Assembly: GCA_030248215.1 (NCBI GenBank)
Contig: JASANG010000727.1
Coordinates: 310,001-374,000, forward strand
DNA: 64,000 nucleotides
Direction: 5' to 3'
From: Enoplolaimus lenunculus
Taxonomy: Eukaryota
Numbering within the stretch: position 1 is the stretch's first letter; each line of letters opens with the position of its first letter. The notes beneath the pieces were generated by a model that ran no database searches, was not told the origin of the DNA, and was given only the letters and a program-made list of their open reading frames with translations. Position numbers and translations under genes: made by a program. This document shows, one piece after another, positions 38,201 through 52,400 of the stretch.

Positions 38201-39127
38201 ATACAATTTACCGAACCAGAATTTGAAAAAAATTACCGGAACCTTATCCAATAATTTACTTAATCTGCTCTATTTTAGGTTTTCAATATCCAGGGCGCAA
38301 CCGAAATTCCGGTTACGACATTATTCACCTTCCGGTTCCGGTAAATTTTGACGGCAATTAAAAATTCCGGTATTAAATTTTGGTCAGTAGAAATTAAGAT
38401 ATTTTACCAAAAAAATGACGATAAAAATTAAATAGATTTCATTAGTATAGAATTTAAACCTTGACAATCGCCGAAAATAAACCATCAAAGGTAGATTTCG
38501 CTTCCGTGGATTAGGAAAATAAAAAATACAGCAGATAAAGTGAATACCTAACTGCAACTAGGGTTATTTCGCAAATATATAATATTGCAAAAAAATAAAA
38601 TGAATTTTTAGGTGGCATGTATTTTTCGTTCTGCTGTTCCGCTTCCGCTTCCGGTAAATTGTAATTTCGGTTGCACCCTGTCAATATCCACAGAAACAAA
38701 ATCTACGTTCGATGTTAAATATATCCATTAGTCAAAAGCAGTTTTATGGTATTCAAACCACAACCGTAAATATCCGGTATCCGCATGAAATTAATATCCG
38801 GCAAAAACCGATATCCGTATCTGGTTCCGGTATGCGGTACAGACCTACCCGATACTGGATATTTCCGGTAGCGGTTTAGAATACTTTAAGACTACTGTGG
38901 ACGAGTGGACATAGTTAACTAACATCTTGCTGTGATTACCGTTCTGGGCGTGCAAAGTTGTTAAGTACGCATGTTACTACGTAACTAAAACAGAATAAAA
39001 AATCCAACCTAACAGTAACAATTTCAATGTAGTAAACATACGCGACTCAATATACCTATATAATTTATAAATTCCATGAATATTGCAAAAACTATTTATC
39101 ATGCATGCTTACCCGCTTTGGTGCCAT
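32296..39127 (-). CDS. RCC1: Regulator of chromosome condensation (Ran GEF); exons approx. 39127-39113, 37802-37709, 37305-37085, 36301-36113, 34515-34283, 33981-33808, 33296-33162, 32904-32746, 32470-32296
   Basis: N-terminal MAPKR (N-methylation/NLS motif like vertebrate SPKR). RCC1 repeats: GSNDAGQLG, AAGAMHS, WGCQDDGALGR, SAGDCHT, SGCHHL, CGLNNYSQLG, GEHHT, GRGDDGRLG, WGYNSEAQLG, STGGQHTL. Confidence 0.92.
34937..36108 (+). mobile_element. Non-autonomous Helentron/DINE-like element with internal ~155-175-bp tandem repeats (5' boundary approximate)
   Basis: TATCAAAATCGGTTCAGCCGTTCCTGAGA core, (GGAC)n, terminal stem-loop GCGAAACTCCG..CGGAGTTTCGC (36069-36099), ending at TT. Confidence 0.6.
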
Positions 39128-41445
39128 AAAAGACTAGTAAATATCGAATCGAAAGTACTAATATATTTCTGTGCTAAAACAAATTATGTACGACATAAGT
39201 CAAAAACTGAAAGAAATTTTCTGTCCCGACTGTTTGAATAGGCTTCCGCCATGAGTAACCTGAACGGTTATCACTCTAACAAGCTGAGTGTTGGAACCCC
39301 CAGCTAGGTAAACTCATATATAGTTTATCGGTTTCGTAAACTTTTTCTTTTGGTAAATTCTTGAGCGAAAATCGTAAAATTGACTTATTTCAGTTTAGGA
39401 TTTGGTTAAACTTATTAAAAGTAACCTATATTATACTGTAGAGTGGACCGAGTCCTTTATTAAATAATGTGCATTTAAGTATTATAGACGGAATTTCACC
39501 TGGCCTTCGGGAATAACTTTGATTACATTGGGATAACGCCCTATTATTTATCATATCTGCATCAAACTTATGTGTTCAATAGAACTGGCACATCTCTGGT
39601 TAAATTCTGGTTCATTTCCATTATCATTAGTTAAAACGCTGCAGAAACGTGTGTTACGGCATTCTATTATGATAGTACCAAATACATACGGTTCTAAGCC
39701 GGGAATACAATCTCTCCGCCTCAGTTCTTTCCTAACGTAAATATACAAATATTTATTACTTGCTAAATTAGCTATTTTCAACAGGGTGCAATCCAACTAG
39801 AATTCCGATTCAAAACGACTTCCGATTCCGATTTCACAATCAATCAGAATCGGAATTTCCACATTTTAGTTTTAGGGCTACATGATGTGATATGTTGTAT
39901 AAATATTCTGCACCATTTTCATTTATCTATTAAATAGTTTTTAGATAAGTTACGTAACTTAGCAATAATTGATTGTATATAGTTTAGTTTTACAGAGCCA
40001 AAAAATGATGCTAATTTGTTCATGCGAGGTTTCTGAGAATTTTTGCCAACCAACAGACACCATATAGATATCAATATTATACTTGTTAATACAAATTATT
40101 CGTATAGTCACAAATTTTGTAGTTCCGATTCCTATTCCGATTCAGGCATAAATTTGCTGTTCCGATTCCGGTATAATCCAGTTCCGCTTTAACCCAAAAG
40201 CAGCTTTGTCACGATTAAACAAATAACGGAATTTGTTATTCCAAAAATGCAACTGGTACTTTAAGTAACACTTTTTTGTCTTAATGCGTTATATAAAACA
40301 TTTCCATCAATATATATGTGTTGGTCTACCTATATTTGTTTAATACCGTTGCAATTCAAGAAATAAACAAATTTTCCAGATATGCTGTCAACAGGTTTTG
40401 GTGGATCCCAAAGAGTACGGCCTAGATTAATATCTCCACCAATTGTAAACATGAATTCATAAGCAATAAGCTACTGAATTGCTTCACGAGGTCTTCGTAC
40501 GCACGCAAAAATCGCGACATTTAGGATTACCAAAACGATAAATATCTACACTACACAGCATAATTCGAAACTACTTTTTATATTTATCTCTATACAACTA
40601 AATGATTTTTCAACAAGAATCGCAACCCCTCCTCCACACTCTTGACTTAGTCTGTCATTTCGAATTATCGGAAAAGCACGTCATTTGCCATGTTTGATTC
40701 GATCCACCCGTTAAGGAGTCATAATCCAAAATGTAAAAAAAGATAGCAGGGGGTCAAAGTGCCGCGTTTTCCCCCGCATCTTCTGCAATTTTGGGTTGCA
40801 TAAGTGCTGGTGGCCTGGCCGCAGCCCAACGGTCACAGTTCTCTGCAGTGGTCCAACGGTGGGCCTATTTCTGTAACTATTACAGCCACGGACCATTCGA
40901 TGGAAGTCCCGTGTATGACTAGAGTGGGGTAAACGGGGCAAGGTCGGTGTGCACTTTGTTAGACGCCAAACAAGAGGATCATGCGCAGCCCGACAGTCGT
41001 TGCAGAGCGACACAAACAGATATATTTCACGCACCCATATCCATCTAGTACGATTTTGTTAATATTGCAAGAATCTCTAAAACATGTCGTTAGCTAATGC
41101 TGCACAACTTCGGTAAAACTTTGATCATATGTAGTGCCTTCATATGCAAAAGCGGTAAAAACATGGAAGAACCAAGATACATGTGTACGTTGAGGTTCTT
41201 GTATGGCTAGCGCGCTGGACTGATAATCTATCGATCGAGGTCGAAACCTCCTGCGGTGCAGAGTACTTAGGACCACAATCGCCGAACTGCTTGTGTTCAA
41301 AAATATTTTACAGCATACAGCAACACTAGCTAAATGATTTCCACATAACCAAACCGTATTCTGTTTTCGGTTCATCTGCACAACATTGGGTTATATTTTA
41401 GCACTATCAGAACTGCACGATCTGGACGACCCTTTTCCCCGAAGT

Positions 41446-41999
41446 ACTGCGATTTCTCCGAAACATATGGCCACGCCGGGAATCGAACCTCGGACCTGTC
41501 GCTCGCGAGTCAAGCGCACTACATTTGTAGTGAACGCAGAAAATAAAGGTGTTTAGTAGCGAATGAACTGAAAAGATGTCGTCTATCATCGCAATTGAAA
41601 GTGCTGTGTGCTTATCGGTAAGCTGAATTTAAATGCAGCTGTTTTCACAAATGTATACTGATTGAGTGTAGCTAAAAACGCCTTGTTTTACTTCCTAGGA
41701 GGTTGGTAGGAACTAACCACTGCGATTTCTCCGAAACATATGGCCACGCCGGGAATCGAACCTCGGACCTGTCGCTCGCGAGTCAAGCGAACCGAAGCCC
41801 GTTTATTTGTAGTGAACGCAGAAAATAAAGGTGTTTAGTAGCGAATGGGCTGAACAGATGTCGTCTATCATCGCAATTTAAAGTGCTGTGTGCTTATCGG
41901 TAAGCTGAATGTAAATAAAGCTGTTTTCACAAATGTGTACTGATTGAGAGTAGTTAAAAACTCCTTGTTTTACTTGCTAGGAGGTTGGTAGGAACTAAC

Positions 42000-42000
<1 letters not shown>
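41446..42000 (-). repeat. Tandem dimer (~273-bp period) of a tRNA-derived SINE-like unit
   Basis: Units start at 41446 and 41719; each has minus-strand B box GGTTCGATTCC and a tRNA-like 3' end GGCGTGGCCA. Confidence 0.7.

Positions 42001-42084
<84 letters not shown>
42001..42084. repeat. (ATT)n microsatellite
   Basis: Direct reading. Confidence 0.95.
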
Positions 42085-42087
<3 letters not shown>

Positions 42088-42752
42088 TGTGCATTCAAAC
42101 ACGTAGCTAGTGCAGCGGAAAAGTTGATTTTGCAAATTGGGGTAGTCCCGTCCAAAAAATACATATTTAAACGTAGCAGGATTCCACCACTATTCCTTTT
42201 TCAACCGGAGTTGTTGCAAAAATTGAATTCGTATTTCTGTTCTGCCCTGTAACGCTTACGTCTCGAAAATTTTGCTGAAGCTTACCTATTTTCACAACTT
42301 GTATTTCACGCGCACATTCTTCATATTTTAAACTTTTCAACGCATGTGTCTGTGTGACTTGTAAATCTATAGTCAGTTAACATTTAGCAGTAATTCTGTG
42401 ATGCAATATTTTTGTAATTCTTGTTCCATTAAAAAATTAATTTCTGTTCATGTTCATGATTTCTGTGAAATGTAATTCTTGTTGGATACTAAAACGTGGC
42501 ATAATATACCGAGGCTAAACGCGAAGAAGGCAAGCGCCGCATGTAAGCCGCAATTCGCAAACAACAATTTCTAAGCCGAATAACCGGTTCTGTGATAGCT
42601 AGATATTCTAGCGCACCCTCGTATCTAAACTTATAATTGCGGTTTGCGGCGTTGATTTGTCTGGATTATTTTCAGTATAATCATGACTTGACAACAGAAT
42701 TTTGTAAAAATTACTCAGAAGGTTATCACTCATCATCTCGTGTTGCGACGCT

Positions 42753-45700
42753 ATGGGGGTGTCATGGTGAGTTTCAGAAATTCAGAAATTTAATACAACG
42801 GTAAAGTACATAGCCTAGGACTATGTCCTGTTATGTTAATAACAGGGTGCAACCGGAAGTCCAATTGCCATTCAAATCAGATTTGTTACTGCGCAGCTAA
42901 AAAGCAGGCCGATGGAGCAGGGATTTTTTTCGTTGGCTATATTTGTCTACCGTATGTTACCGCCAAGCATACATACAGTGCAATGCATCATAGGTATATG
43001 CCAAATCGTGTGGCCGGATATCCGGTTCCGGATTAATATCCGGCGAAAACCGATATCGTTTCCGGTTCTGGTATCCCGTATAAACCTGCCGGAAACCGGA
43101 TATTTCCTTTTTTACAAGCTAGCATCTTTAACATCTTGCTGTGATTGCTTTTTTGGGTATGTCACGAGCGTCACATGTAAACATTTACATTACGTAGTTA
43201 CGTATATACTGTGTGACAGAAAAGATGTGTAAAAGTAAGTTAATCAGTTCTATGCTAGTTGGTATAAATACAAAATGATGGTTTCAATTTTTTGATGTTT
43301 TAAAAAACACCCGGCAAGTTAAGTTAAAATACCGGAGCCGGATGTCGACTTTTTGCCGGAGCCGGATATCCGGAAAGGACATTTGAAACTTATTGCCTTT
43401 AACGTTATCAAAACTGAATTGAAGCTGCTTCTGACTCGTATGTGAGTGTTAATAACACGGTGTAGCCGGATATCCGCGTCCAGGCAGCTAAACTAATAAT
43501 TCAGGGCGTAATAGAACACATTAGTCACATTTCGCTAATTTTAATTTTCCGGTAACTCAATATTAGTCACTATCCAGTTTTGGTTCGGTAAGAAAATCCG
43601 GTGTTGATTACAGTTCTGGTTTCGGTATTTTGCATTCCGGTTGCACCTGTGTGTTTATAAACACCACACAACTCAATTTTCGGCCCTCGTTTGGCTGTGG
43701 TTTAAAATCAGGGAACATATATAATTTAGCGAAAACTTATGTATATTCGTGATCAGCTTGGCCTGGGGATTCCAAAAAATGTACATAAAACTTGGCTATA
43801 TCTCAAAGAATATTTTTACAGAAGGGCAAGGGAACTCCTTATGAAAAAAGCCAAGCCAAAGTAACTAATCTAGTATCCTAAAGCGTGGGGGCGGAGCCAT
43901 GCACAAAGTTCCACAATTAAGTGATTAGAATGCGCGGGAGGCAGCTCATCCCATTAAAAGCGTTAAAGCCAATTTCGTGTTAAAATAAACGTTTTCCAAG
44001 AATAATTTGCTTATTATTGATTATACGCGGTTGAAAACTGCAAATGTGAAACTATTTGGCCCAGGCGGTTCGAACGGCAAGTATATACTTATTTTCTTAA
44101 ATTCTCAAGAATTTTTTTGTTCGTGCAAGTTATTCATTAAATGGTGCAAAATTTTGAAGCATAGTGATTTTCGCTTACTGTGTGCTCTGTGACGCCCTCG
44201 GACAGCTGCATAGAGCCAGCGCAAAACCGGTGTTCCATGTAAAAATGAAAGAGCGTAAGCAAAGCATGTGAGACATGCTTGTCTCAGCACACAGTATGTA
44301 GTATGCTTGCTATATACCACTTAGCTGCATAGTGTAAACAGATTGCAGGCTGTGCAATCTAGTGGTTTGAGCGTTGGCTTAACGATCCATAGCTTGTGAG
44401 TGCGAGCCGCCCTAACCTCTAAATGCACTTTTTCGACTGCTTCGTAATAGGGTGCAACCGGAATTGCGGTTCCGGTATTTTTCACTATCCGGTTGCAGTA
44501 TTAATTGAAATAAATATATAAATTCGATATTTTTCACCGGATTTTAAGTTTTCGTGGTGTTCAAAACTCGTAATGTGAACGGTGATATAATATTTTGTGT
44601 GAAATTTTCCAAAAAATAATTTTTTTAGTGACAGCGTTATTTTTCACGTTACAGTCCACCTTTTGCACTATTGATAGTAAATATAAAGGTTTGATATTAG
44701 TGATATTCCCGGCCGATCCCACCTAGACGCACAGAAAAAAAGGCGTTATTGTAAATCTATTACATAGGCCGGAAAAACCCTAGTTTACGAAAAAATTTTT
44801 AAACTATTATTACTTTGCAGTGAAAATAGCTCTAGGAATCGCGGAAAATCCATGTGTAACAGGTATATAAAAGGCTAATACATATACGTATATACGTTAT
44901 TCAAACAAAATCACCGTCAGCGCCCGTAAATCAATATTATGCAACACAAAGTGAAACTTTTTGATACATTCTTCAAAATTAGTTATTTCTTTTAGAGAGA
45001 ATGTTATTGAATATAGGGATGCACCGATAACAAAATTTTTGCGGATACCGATGTTGATTCTTATTTTGAAATTTTACGGATGCCGAACCGATGCCGACTC
45101 CAACTTTAGTACATCATGCTTTATAAACAGATAGGATACTACATTACATGATTATATAAAGACTTAAACCCTAACAATCATAAGCGATTATAATTTTATA
45201 AGAACGGTTTATTTCAATGGTTTTTTCAAACACAAACGCAAGAGAGATAGCAGTTTTCCTGATTAGACACATTGATATGCGCCCAGAAATGAAAGTGATA
45301 GCATTCCAACTGACTGTTATGTGCAAAAAGTATCGGCAAGGAATCGGCGATTTTTTGCAGTGCTGACGCCGATACCGATACTCACAAAAAGTGCCGATTA
45401 TTACCAATACCGATGTCGATTAATCGGCACATCCTTAATTGAATATATATGTTTTTAGTAATCTTTGTTTCCAATTTAATTTTATTTTTTGATTACACAC
45501 TGATTTATGTACCGTACCATTGTTATTTTAATAAAATTTTAAGGGTTCTTGAATATCCAATTACGGAGGGAAAGGTGGGACCGCAAGTTTTGCAAGACCT
45601 AGAAAAGCTGGCGTCGAATCTCTGCGGCCGTAGCGTTGGTTCAGTTGTCTTAGATGCTGAAGTATATTATCCAGTTCAAGTGCCGCAACATGCACATGGC

Positions 45701-48700
45701 AAGTCCTTGGTATATTTTATTTGGATCATCGGCTAAACTAAAAATAATTTGTCTTGACTATTTTTGTCTCCGTTAAAAGTTATAGACCTTGGCAAACAAT
45801 GGTTTGCGAAAGACTGAAATTGTTTGTTACCAAGCCAAAGTCATTACGTAGTTATATAATTCGCATAGGTTCACTTCATATGGCATGACAGCAGGATGCA
45901 AAGTGGAACTGGATTATATCGGAATATGAACAGCAAATTTATGCCGGAATAGTAATCGGAATCGGAACTAGAAAGTTTTTAGACTGTACGGATAACTTGT
46001 ATTGACAAATATAATAAGTATATATTGATTGATTGAAATATAATATCAATTTAGTGCTGGCTTCTCCACAGCTTGAAAATTTCCGCCGGGGGGCGTTTCC
46101 TGGGCGGGCCCCCAGGAGTTTCCTGGGGGGCAGCTAATTTGACTGGGGGGGGGCAGTTTTCCTGGGGGCCTCCCAGATGATCTGGGGGTCCTAGGGGGCA
46201 GGCTCAAAATTTTGCAAGCCGACTTTTTGGACCATTTTTTTCATTCTAGACCGTGTTTCCAACTCAACGTAAGATTACTCATCGCTCAACATGACAAAAA
46301 TTTCTCGCAAACGCTAATAACAATAATTTTAACTTACGTATATACTGACAACTTAACCAAAAGTTGAAAGAAGCACAATTATATAAAATATAGATAATCT
46401 ATAATTGAAAGTGTGATTAATATATATTTTGTATATTAGTCACAGCTTCAATTTATCATAAGGCTCAGGCGGGTTGACCTTGCTGCTGCAAGGTACTTTC
46501 GAATGCTGTATACCCTGAAACGGTATTTATATAATTGTGCTTTTTCAGTTCATTATTGAATTGTACTAGTTACTACCGGTATTTTTAACGCTATTAAAAA
46601 ATTATGAGTACTCAGCGTAATATAAAGTCACATTTTGCCGAATGTCCGCCTCAAAAAAAGTCCAGGTCTTTATGTTTTAACATTGAAAATTTTTGGCTTA
46701 GAAAAGTCCTGGGGGCCCCCCAGCAAAAAAATTTGCTGGGGGCGGCCGAAAATTCGCCGGGGGCCTTTCCTGGGGGCGGCAAAATTTTCGCCGGGGTGAA
46801 AATGAAAATTTCGAAAAGTGCTGGGGGGCCCCCGCCCCCCCGCTGTGGAAAAGCCAGTAGTGTATATATCTGTTGGTGGTAACAATTTTTAAAAACGTCG
46901 CATGAACAAATTTCTGTGATTTTTGGTTGTGTAAAGCTAAGCTACAATCAATTATATATAAATTAACTCATCGAATGCAATTTAATTAATAAATGACGCA
47001 GGATTAATCTTAAAATTTCCAAATTTTTAATCTGATTGATTGTGCAATCAAAATAGGAAACGGAACTCGGTTTGAATCGGAATTCTAATTGGAAGCTAAA
47101 TTCCGGTTGAACCCTGAATGACAGCTATGTAAGTAATAAATTTTGTCTCAATGATCGATTTTTATGACATAAACACATTCTAAGTAGAAACATTGTTTTA
47201 TATGTTTACTATTTTTCTGGTGGGATCTTATATTATCTTGTTGTATATAAGAAATTAATTTGAGATTTAAAAATAGCTGTACGAACGCTAATAATAGATA
47301 ATATTGTGGTTTTCTAGAAGCATTGCAAATTTTGCACGTTTGCCGCAGTAGCGATTATCCGTTGAGCTCATTCGCAATACTGGAGGATTCTAAAGATGGC
47401 ATGTTGCAGAACACTGGATTAACAGCAGATATGATGTTCCTACAAATTCTTTCCAAGTTTACCGTAAGTCGCTGGATTGTGAAAATTCTAGGTACTTCTG
47501 TTTTGATAATGATTGTCCTCTTCCGACATCGTTTGTCTTCTGGGCAGTATCTAGAATGTCGTAGTATTTTATTGTTGAGTGTTTTCTCGTTAGCAATCTT
47601 CAGGGCTGTACCAGACCGTAGCTTATTATATACATGTCTAAATCTGTGTGTATTAAAGAACGTTTTATCGTTTAGAGTATCTATTCGTCAAGGCCGAATG
47701 TCAAGTACGAATTTCGCGGACAAAAATACACCACTGATGATTTCACTATTAACGTTGGCTCTGTATCTGCTATGGCAAATTTCAAGGCTATACTGACAGA
47801 GGTTAGTATTGTCGCATGACATCATTTAACCAAGCGATACTTTATTGCATGCAAATTTAGTATAGCATCGAGTATTCACGGGACGCTTGTTAGGTATCAG
47901 TGGAGTGGGTTTCCGGTGTTATGATTTGGCCGTTTTCTTAACTTTGCTAATTTTTAAGAATCTCTTTTGAAAGCCACTTGTACTCCGAATATAAGCCATT
48001 GATGGTGGATGCTTTGAGAAGCATTGAAAGAAAGTTAAGGTATCATGCTCAGTGGTACAGAACTGAGCATTAGGTACGTGTAATATTATAGTGCATTTTA
48101 GATTGTATATGAACCGTGCTCATTTCCTGTGGAATGCGAAGAACTCATGAAAGAATTTTCTACTGGATTTTTTGGTGGGTCCTTTATTAATCATTAATGC
48201 GTATTGGTTTTTAACTTTCAAATACTGTACCATTTTAAATCATCCACGACGCGATTACACACCACACCCGATAACCACACTCGATACAGTGTTTTTGAAT
48301 GGTGCTGGGGAAACGATTTGAATGATTGAATTGTGTGTAATTTTAAAAAAATTTGAATATCACTTTTTTACCAGTCAGTAGTGGTGAATGTGTCTTCAAA
48401 TGCGTTATCTAAAAAGTAATGCATCTACTTACCAATTTAGGATTTGGGTAATCCTGACTTATATTTTGAAATTTTTTCACATTTAAGGATTCAATGTTAG
48501 TACCCCAGAATTTATCGAGAAGAAAATTCGTTCCGCTGTTGGCCCTCATTGGAACTTTAAAGCGATAGACTCCGTTTTGCAATATCTAGAACATTTCAAT
48601 CGAATGCGAAGAGTGAACGAGCCGCACACAGTTCCTCATGCTCAGACATCTGGTGTAATGTCACAACAGCAACAACAGCACATGTTAGGTCCTGGCCGAT

Positions 48701-49429
48701 TAGCGCAACCCCATCAAATGCCGCCACAGCAACATATTGGAGGCCCTGCTACAATGCAACATTACCAACAACCGTCATCAGGCATGTTTATTACAATATT
48801 GATTGAAAGCGTTTATGTTTTGTACTCAGGGGGTCGTAATTTTGATTCCCGTCCGGCTGGCTATCAATCCAATGGAAATTAGTTTAAACAACCGCTGCAT
48901 TAATTTTAAAATATGTTTTCATGCTGACAATGACAGCACAATAAGGTATCAAAACTCAGACCTTCTATAATAGCTGCGGAGCGTTTTGCATAAAATATAA
49001 TCCATAAAATATAATCAAATATAATCAAACCTAATCAGTCATTTAGGCAATGTTTGGCTTATGGTCAAAAATGCTAGCACATACGTAGGTCTGTCACAAT
49101 AGACATCCTGATTTCCGAAGATAGTATTTTAAGCTGATTACTTATACGTGTAAGTTAACATTCAATTTGCGGCTTTAATTCTGTTTCCGACTTTGCTTTG
49201 ATCGTTATATTTTATAGGAATTGTAAGCAGCGCAAGTGTTGCAACTGGCGGTCCACATCATGGCATGGCGCCTGGGGGAATTATACACCAGCCTTCGATG
49301 GTTGCCGGGCCAGGTAACGCTCCTCCAATGATGCAACAACCTTCATTGCAATCCATACGAGTTCAGGGTGTACCAATTGGATCAGTGGCACAACAGCAGC
49401 ATTATGCGCAGCAAATGGGGATGCGCTGA
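42753..49429 (+). CDS. MED20: Mediator subunit 20 with Q/P/G-rich C-terminal extension; exons 42753-42766, 45544-45698, 47318-47463, 47676-47801, 48102-48174, 48488-48781, 49218-49429
   Basis: MGVSWVLEYPITEGK..G.VVLDAEVYY..SDYPLSSFAI..EFRGQKY..DF.INVGSV..FKAILTEIVYEPC..LMKEF..DSVLQYLEHFNRMR follows MED20 motif order. Confidence 0.88.
46057..46857. mobile_element. Unclassified TIR element with G/C-run-rich arms
   Basis: TIR CTGGCTT(C/T)TCCACAGC; 5-bp TSD TAGTG (46052-46056, 46858-46862). Confidence 0.65.
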
Positions 49430-52400
49430 CCTGAAAGATTGTGAATCAGGTTTGATGTATTTCTGTTTTGGCAACAATTTCAATGAACTAGTTATATGGA
49501 TCAATTAGTGTGTAACAGTTTCGTCAATTTATGTTGGGCATTTTGCACTAAAATATTACCGGATACGGATCTTGTTTAGGCAAAACATAGACAGAATTAA
49601 TCATATGACAGTGATTTTTGGTCGGGAGTAGTATAGAAGGGCCAGTACTGGCCCTCCTATACTACTATCGGGAAAATACATAGGTTGCATAAATAACGAA
49701 ACACAGTATTATAGCTGAAAATTCGTTAATACTGTAATTCCGTTTAACATTATAATCACAAATGGGAGCCAAAATATGTACAAGTTGAGATTCAGATTAA
49801 GACTGTGAATTGAGATCAGAAAGTCAGAAACTAACAATAATTTCAACCAAATACATTACTGAGGCTTAGGACAGAAGTAAATATCGGTGTGCAACTTTCT
49901 CGCTTTGTGCTGCTTTCTTGTTTTATATGTCGGTGATTTCATTTTTGAAACCACTCCACAGGTGCCGGAACAGTTGTATAAGCATATTCGTAAGTCTAAG
50001 CGTATGGATGAGCGTATTCCCAAGCCTAAGCAGAGAAAATAGTCTAAATCTTAAACTGACTCATTATAGCCCCTCCGGAAAACGATCCGGCCCTGTTCTA
50101 TACATGGACCTGTTTGCTGTGCCGATGTCGATAGCGATATTCACAAAAAGTACCAATTATTGCCCATCGCGTGCCAATTACTCGTCCTATCTCTATAATA
50201 ATCTAATAAAGTTGTGCTGGGGTTGTCTTCCTGTTAGGTTTCTCTTTTCATAAGTGCTTAATTTGTTTCAGGCTTTGGACGGAAATCAATTTCTCCGGTT
50301 AGAGTTTTCAATCGTTAATGGTTCGTTTTACACAATGATTGGCATTCTTTACTCAGCGATTGTTCTTTCAAGCAGTACAAGTGCATAATATGAAATGATT
50401 CACAATTCGAAGAGCGTTATAACGTATCTGAGATTTTAAACCAGACCTGATTGTTGCCAGGCAGAGGGCTCAACCCAACTTTTAACACCATTTCGGCCCC
50501 TGCCCCCGAAATTTCTGGCAAGGGTCAGGATCGTAATGTTTTTAGGCGGCATTTTCACCAAATATTTTTGAGGGAGAAAACTGTAAAAGGACCATATTAT
50601 TTTAACAGAAAAAATTTCGAAGGAAAAGATTGTAAGACAAGGACCTTACCACTTTGCTCCCAAAACATTTCTGACGGGGTGGCGTACGCCGCCCCGCACT
50701 TCCCTTTCTCTAGATCCGCTAGCGTACCCGCTCTGGTCTTTAATATATAGATACATAATGTCGATTTGGCACCACATAACCTCCCCTGATAATTTCAATT
50801 AACTTTCATTTTTTTAACATTTAAATATACTTATACTTTCACTCTCTGTGATCTTTAGACTACAGCTAAACCAAAAATGTATTTTCAACAGTTCAGACAT
50901 CTATTTTTTATGTATAGGTATAACTGTAAAAGCAACATGCTGAGTTGAATTGCGTCATTGATTGCGTTTGATGAGACCTGGTTTACTATAAATTTCACGA
51001 CACAAATTTAGGGGAAAACTTTTTCTGTAACAACCAAAGTTTTTGAATCAGTTTTGTGCCTTTTTCTCTCGGGGGTACGCTGCTGTTTCGTTGAACCTTC
51101 CGCATTTTTTCCAAGGTAAAAAACTTATGTCCAGCGCCGCCACTCGGCTAGGAATTCCGCTATTCCTTTATTCGATCGGCACTGGGTTGCAAAAAATACA
51201 AAATTTTCCCTTGCAACTGCAATTCCGGTTACAGCCTGATTGTACCTGTAGTAAGTAGGTACAACGAGACATTGATTTCTGACCTGAAAATTGTAAATGA
51301 TTGCGAGGATAGTTTTATGGGTCATCTACGTAATAATGCGTGCACCAATGTAAAAAATTGTCCTAGTCTGAGGAGAGAACTACATTTCTCAGACAGACTA
51401 CCTATATAGGATGTCATAAATAGGACCAGTGCCTCAAAAGGGCCTTATGACAAACTATACTGTCTTCTTGCAGCATATTATTGTCACAATAGACTGCGCG
51501 CGCACACTAGTAATTTGTCCAGACACTGTAGGAAGGGACTATATACGCGCATGCAATATTTACCGCTAACTTTGCACATATTACGCGTATGCTATTGCAA
51601 GGGCGCTGTTTTTTCAACTCGTTATACAGTGTGCGTAGCGTTGTCCAGACACCCATCCGACAGTGTCTGGAAAACATATATGGCCTCAGAACACCCGTGC
51701 AATGGCCACGCACCCCAACAACAGTTCTATTTTCCACATAGTTCCTAACCGGGTTACTGGACAATTCTTTACGCTAGCGCACGCACTGTAACGTGGATGA
51801 GCCATTAGGTACTGGCTTTAGTTTTTCAACCCAGAGTCATAAATTCGGTTCAAAATTTACAAAATAATCGAATTAGGCTGAGAACAATTTCGTGTGTTTT
51901 TATTTCAAATTTGTATAAAATGTATAATAAAATGTTTTTAATCTGAATGTATTGAAAGAAATACATAATGCAAAGATTTTCAATTCATCGCTTTTAAACG
52001 TATATATGTACATATCAGGGTGCAATCGATAAAAACGAGTTTATATGTGGTTTGGTTTGTTAACTGAAACACTTCAGAGGTTTAAAATTTGTAGAATATT
52101 TTTCCTACCAAAATTCGGCCCATGTAAAGGTCAGGGGCAATACGTTTTTCCGCCTGATTGCAAAAACTATGGACATTTTTTGCTTAGGCTCAGGCTTTAG
52201 GCTTACGTATAAGTTCATTTTAGACCTTCGGTTGGACACTGATACATACTTTGGCCCATGTTACTTTTAAGGCTGTCCCGGTTTCTGGTGGGTCTGTAAA
52301 AGAGTAGGCTTACATTCTAGACTACATTTTTTTGCTTAGGCCTAGGAATACGCTTTTGTAACGCTTAGGCTTCAGCGTAGGAATATGCTTTTGCAACGCT

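Noticed and set aside
40711..41050. GC-rich island as ORF or ncRNA
   Set aside because: No recognisable motif or boundaries; probably a repeat remnant.
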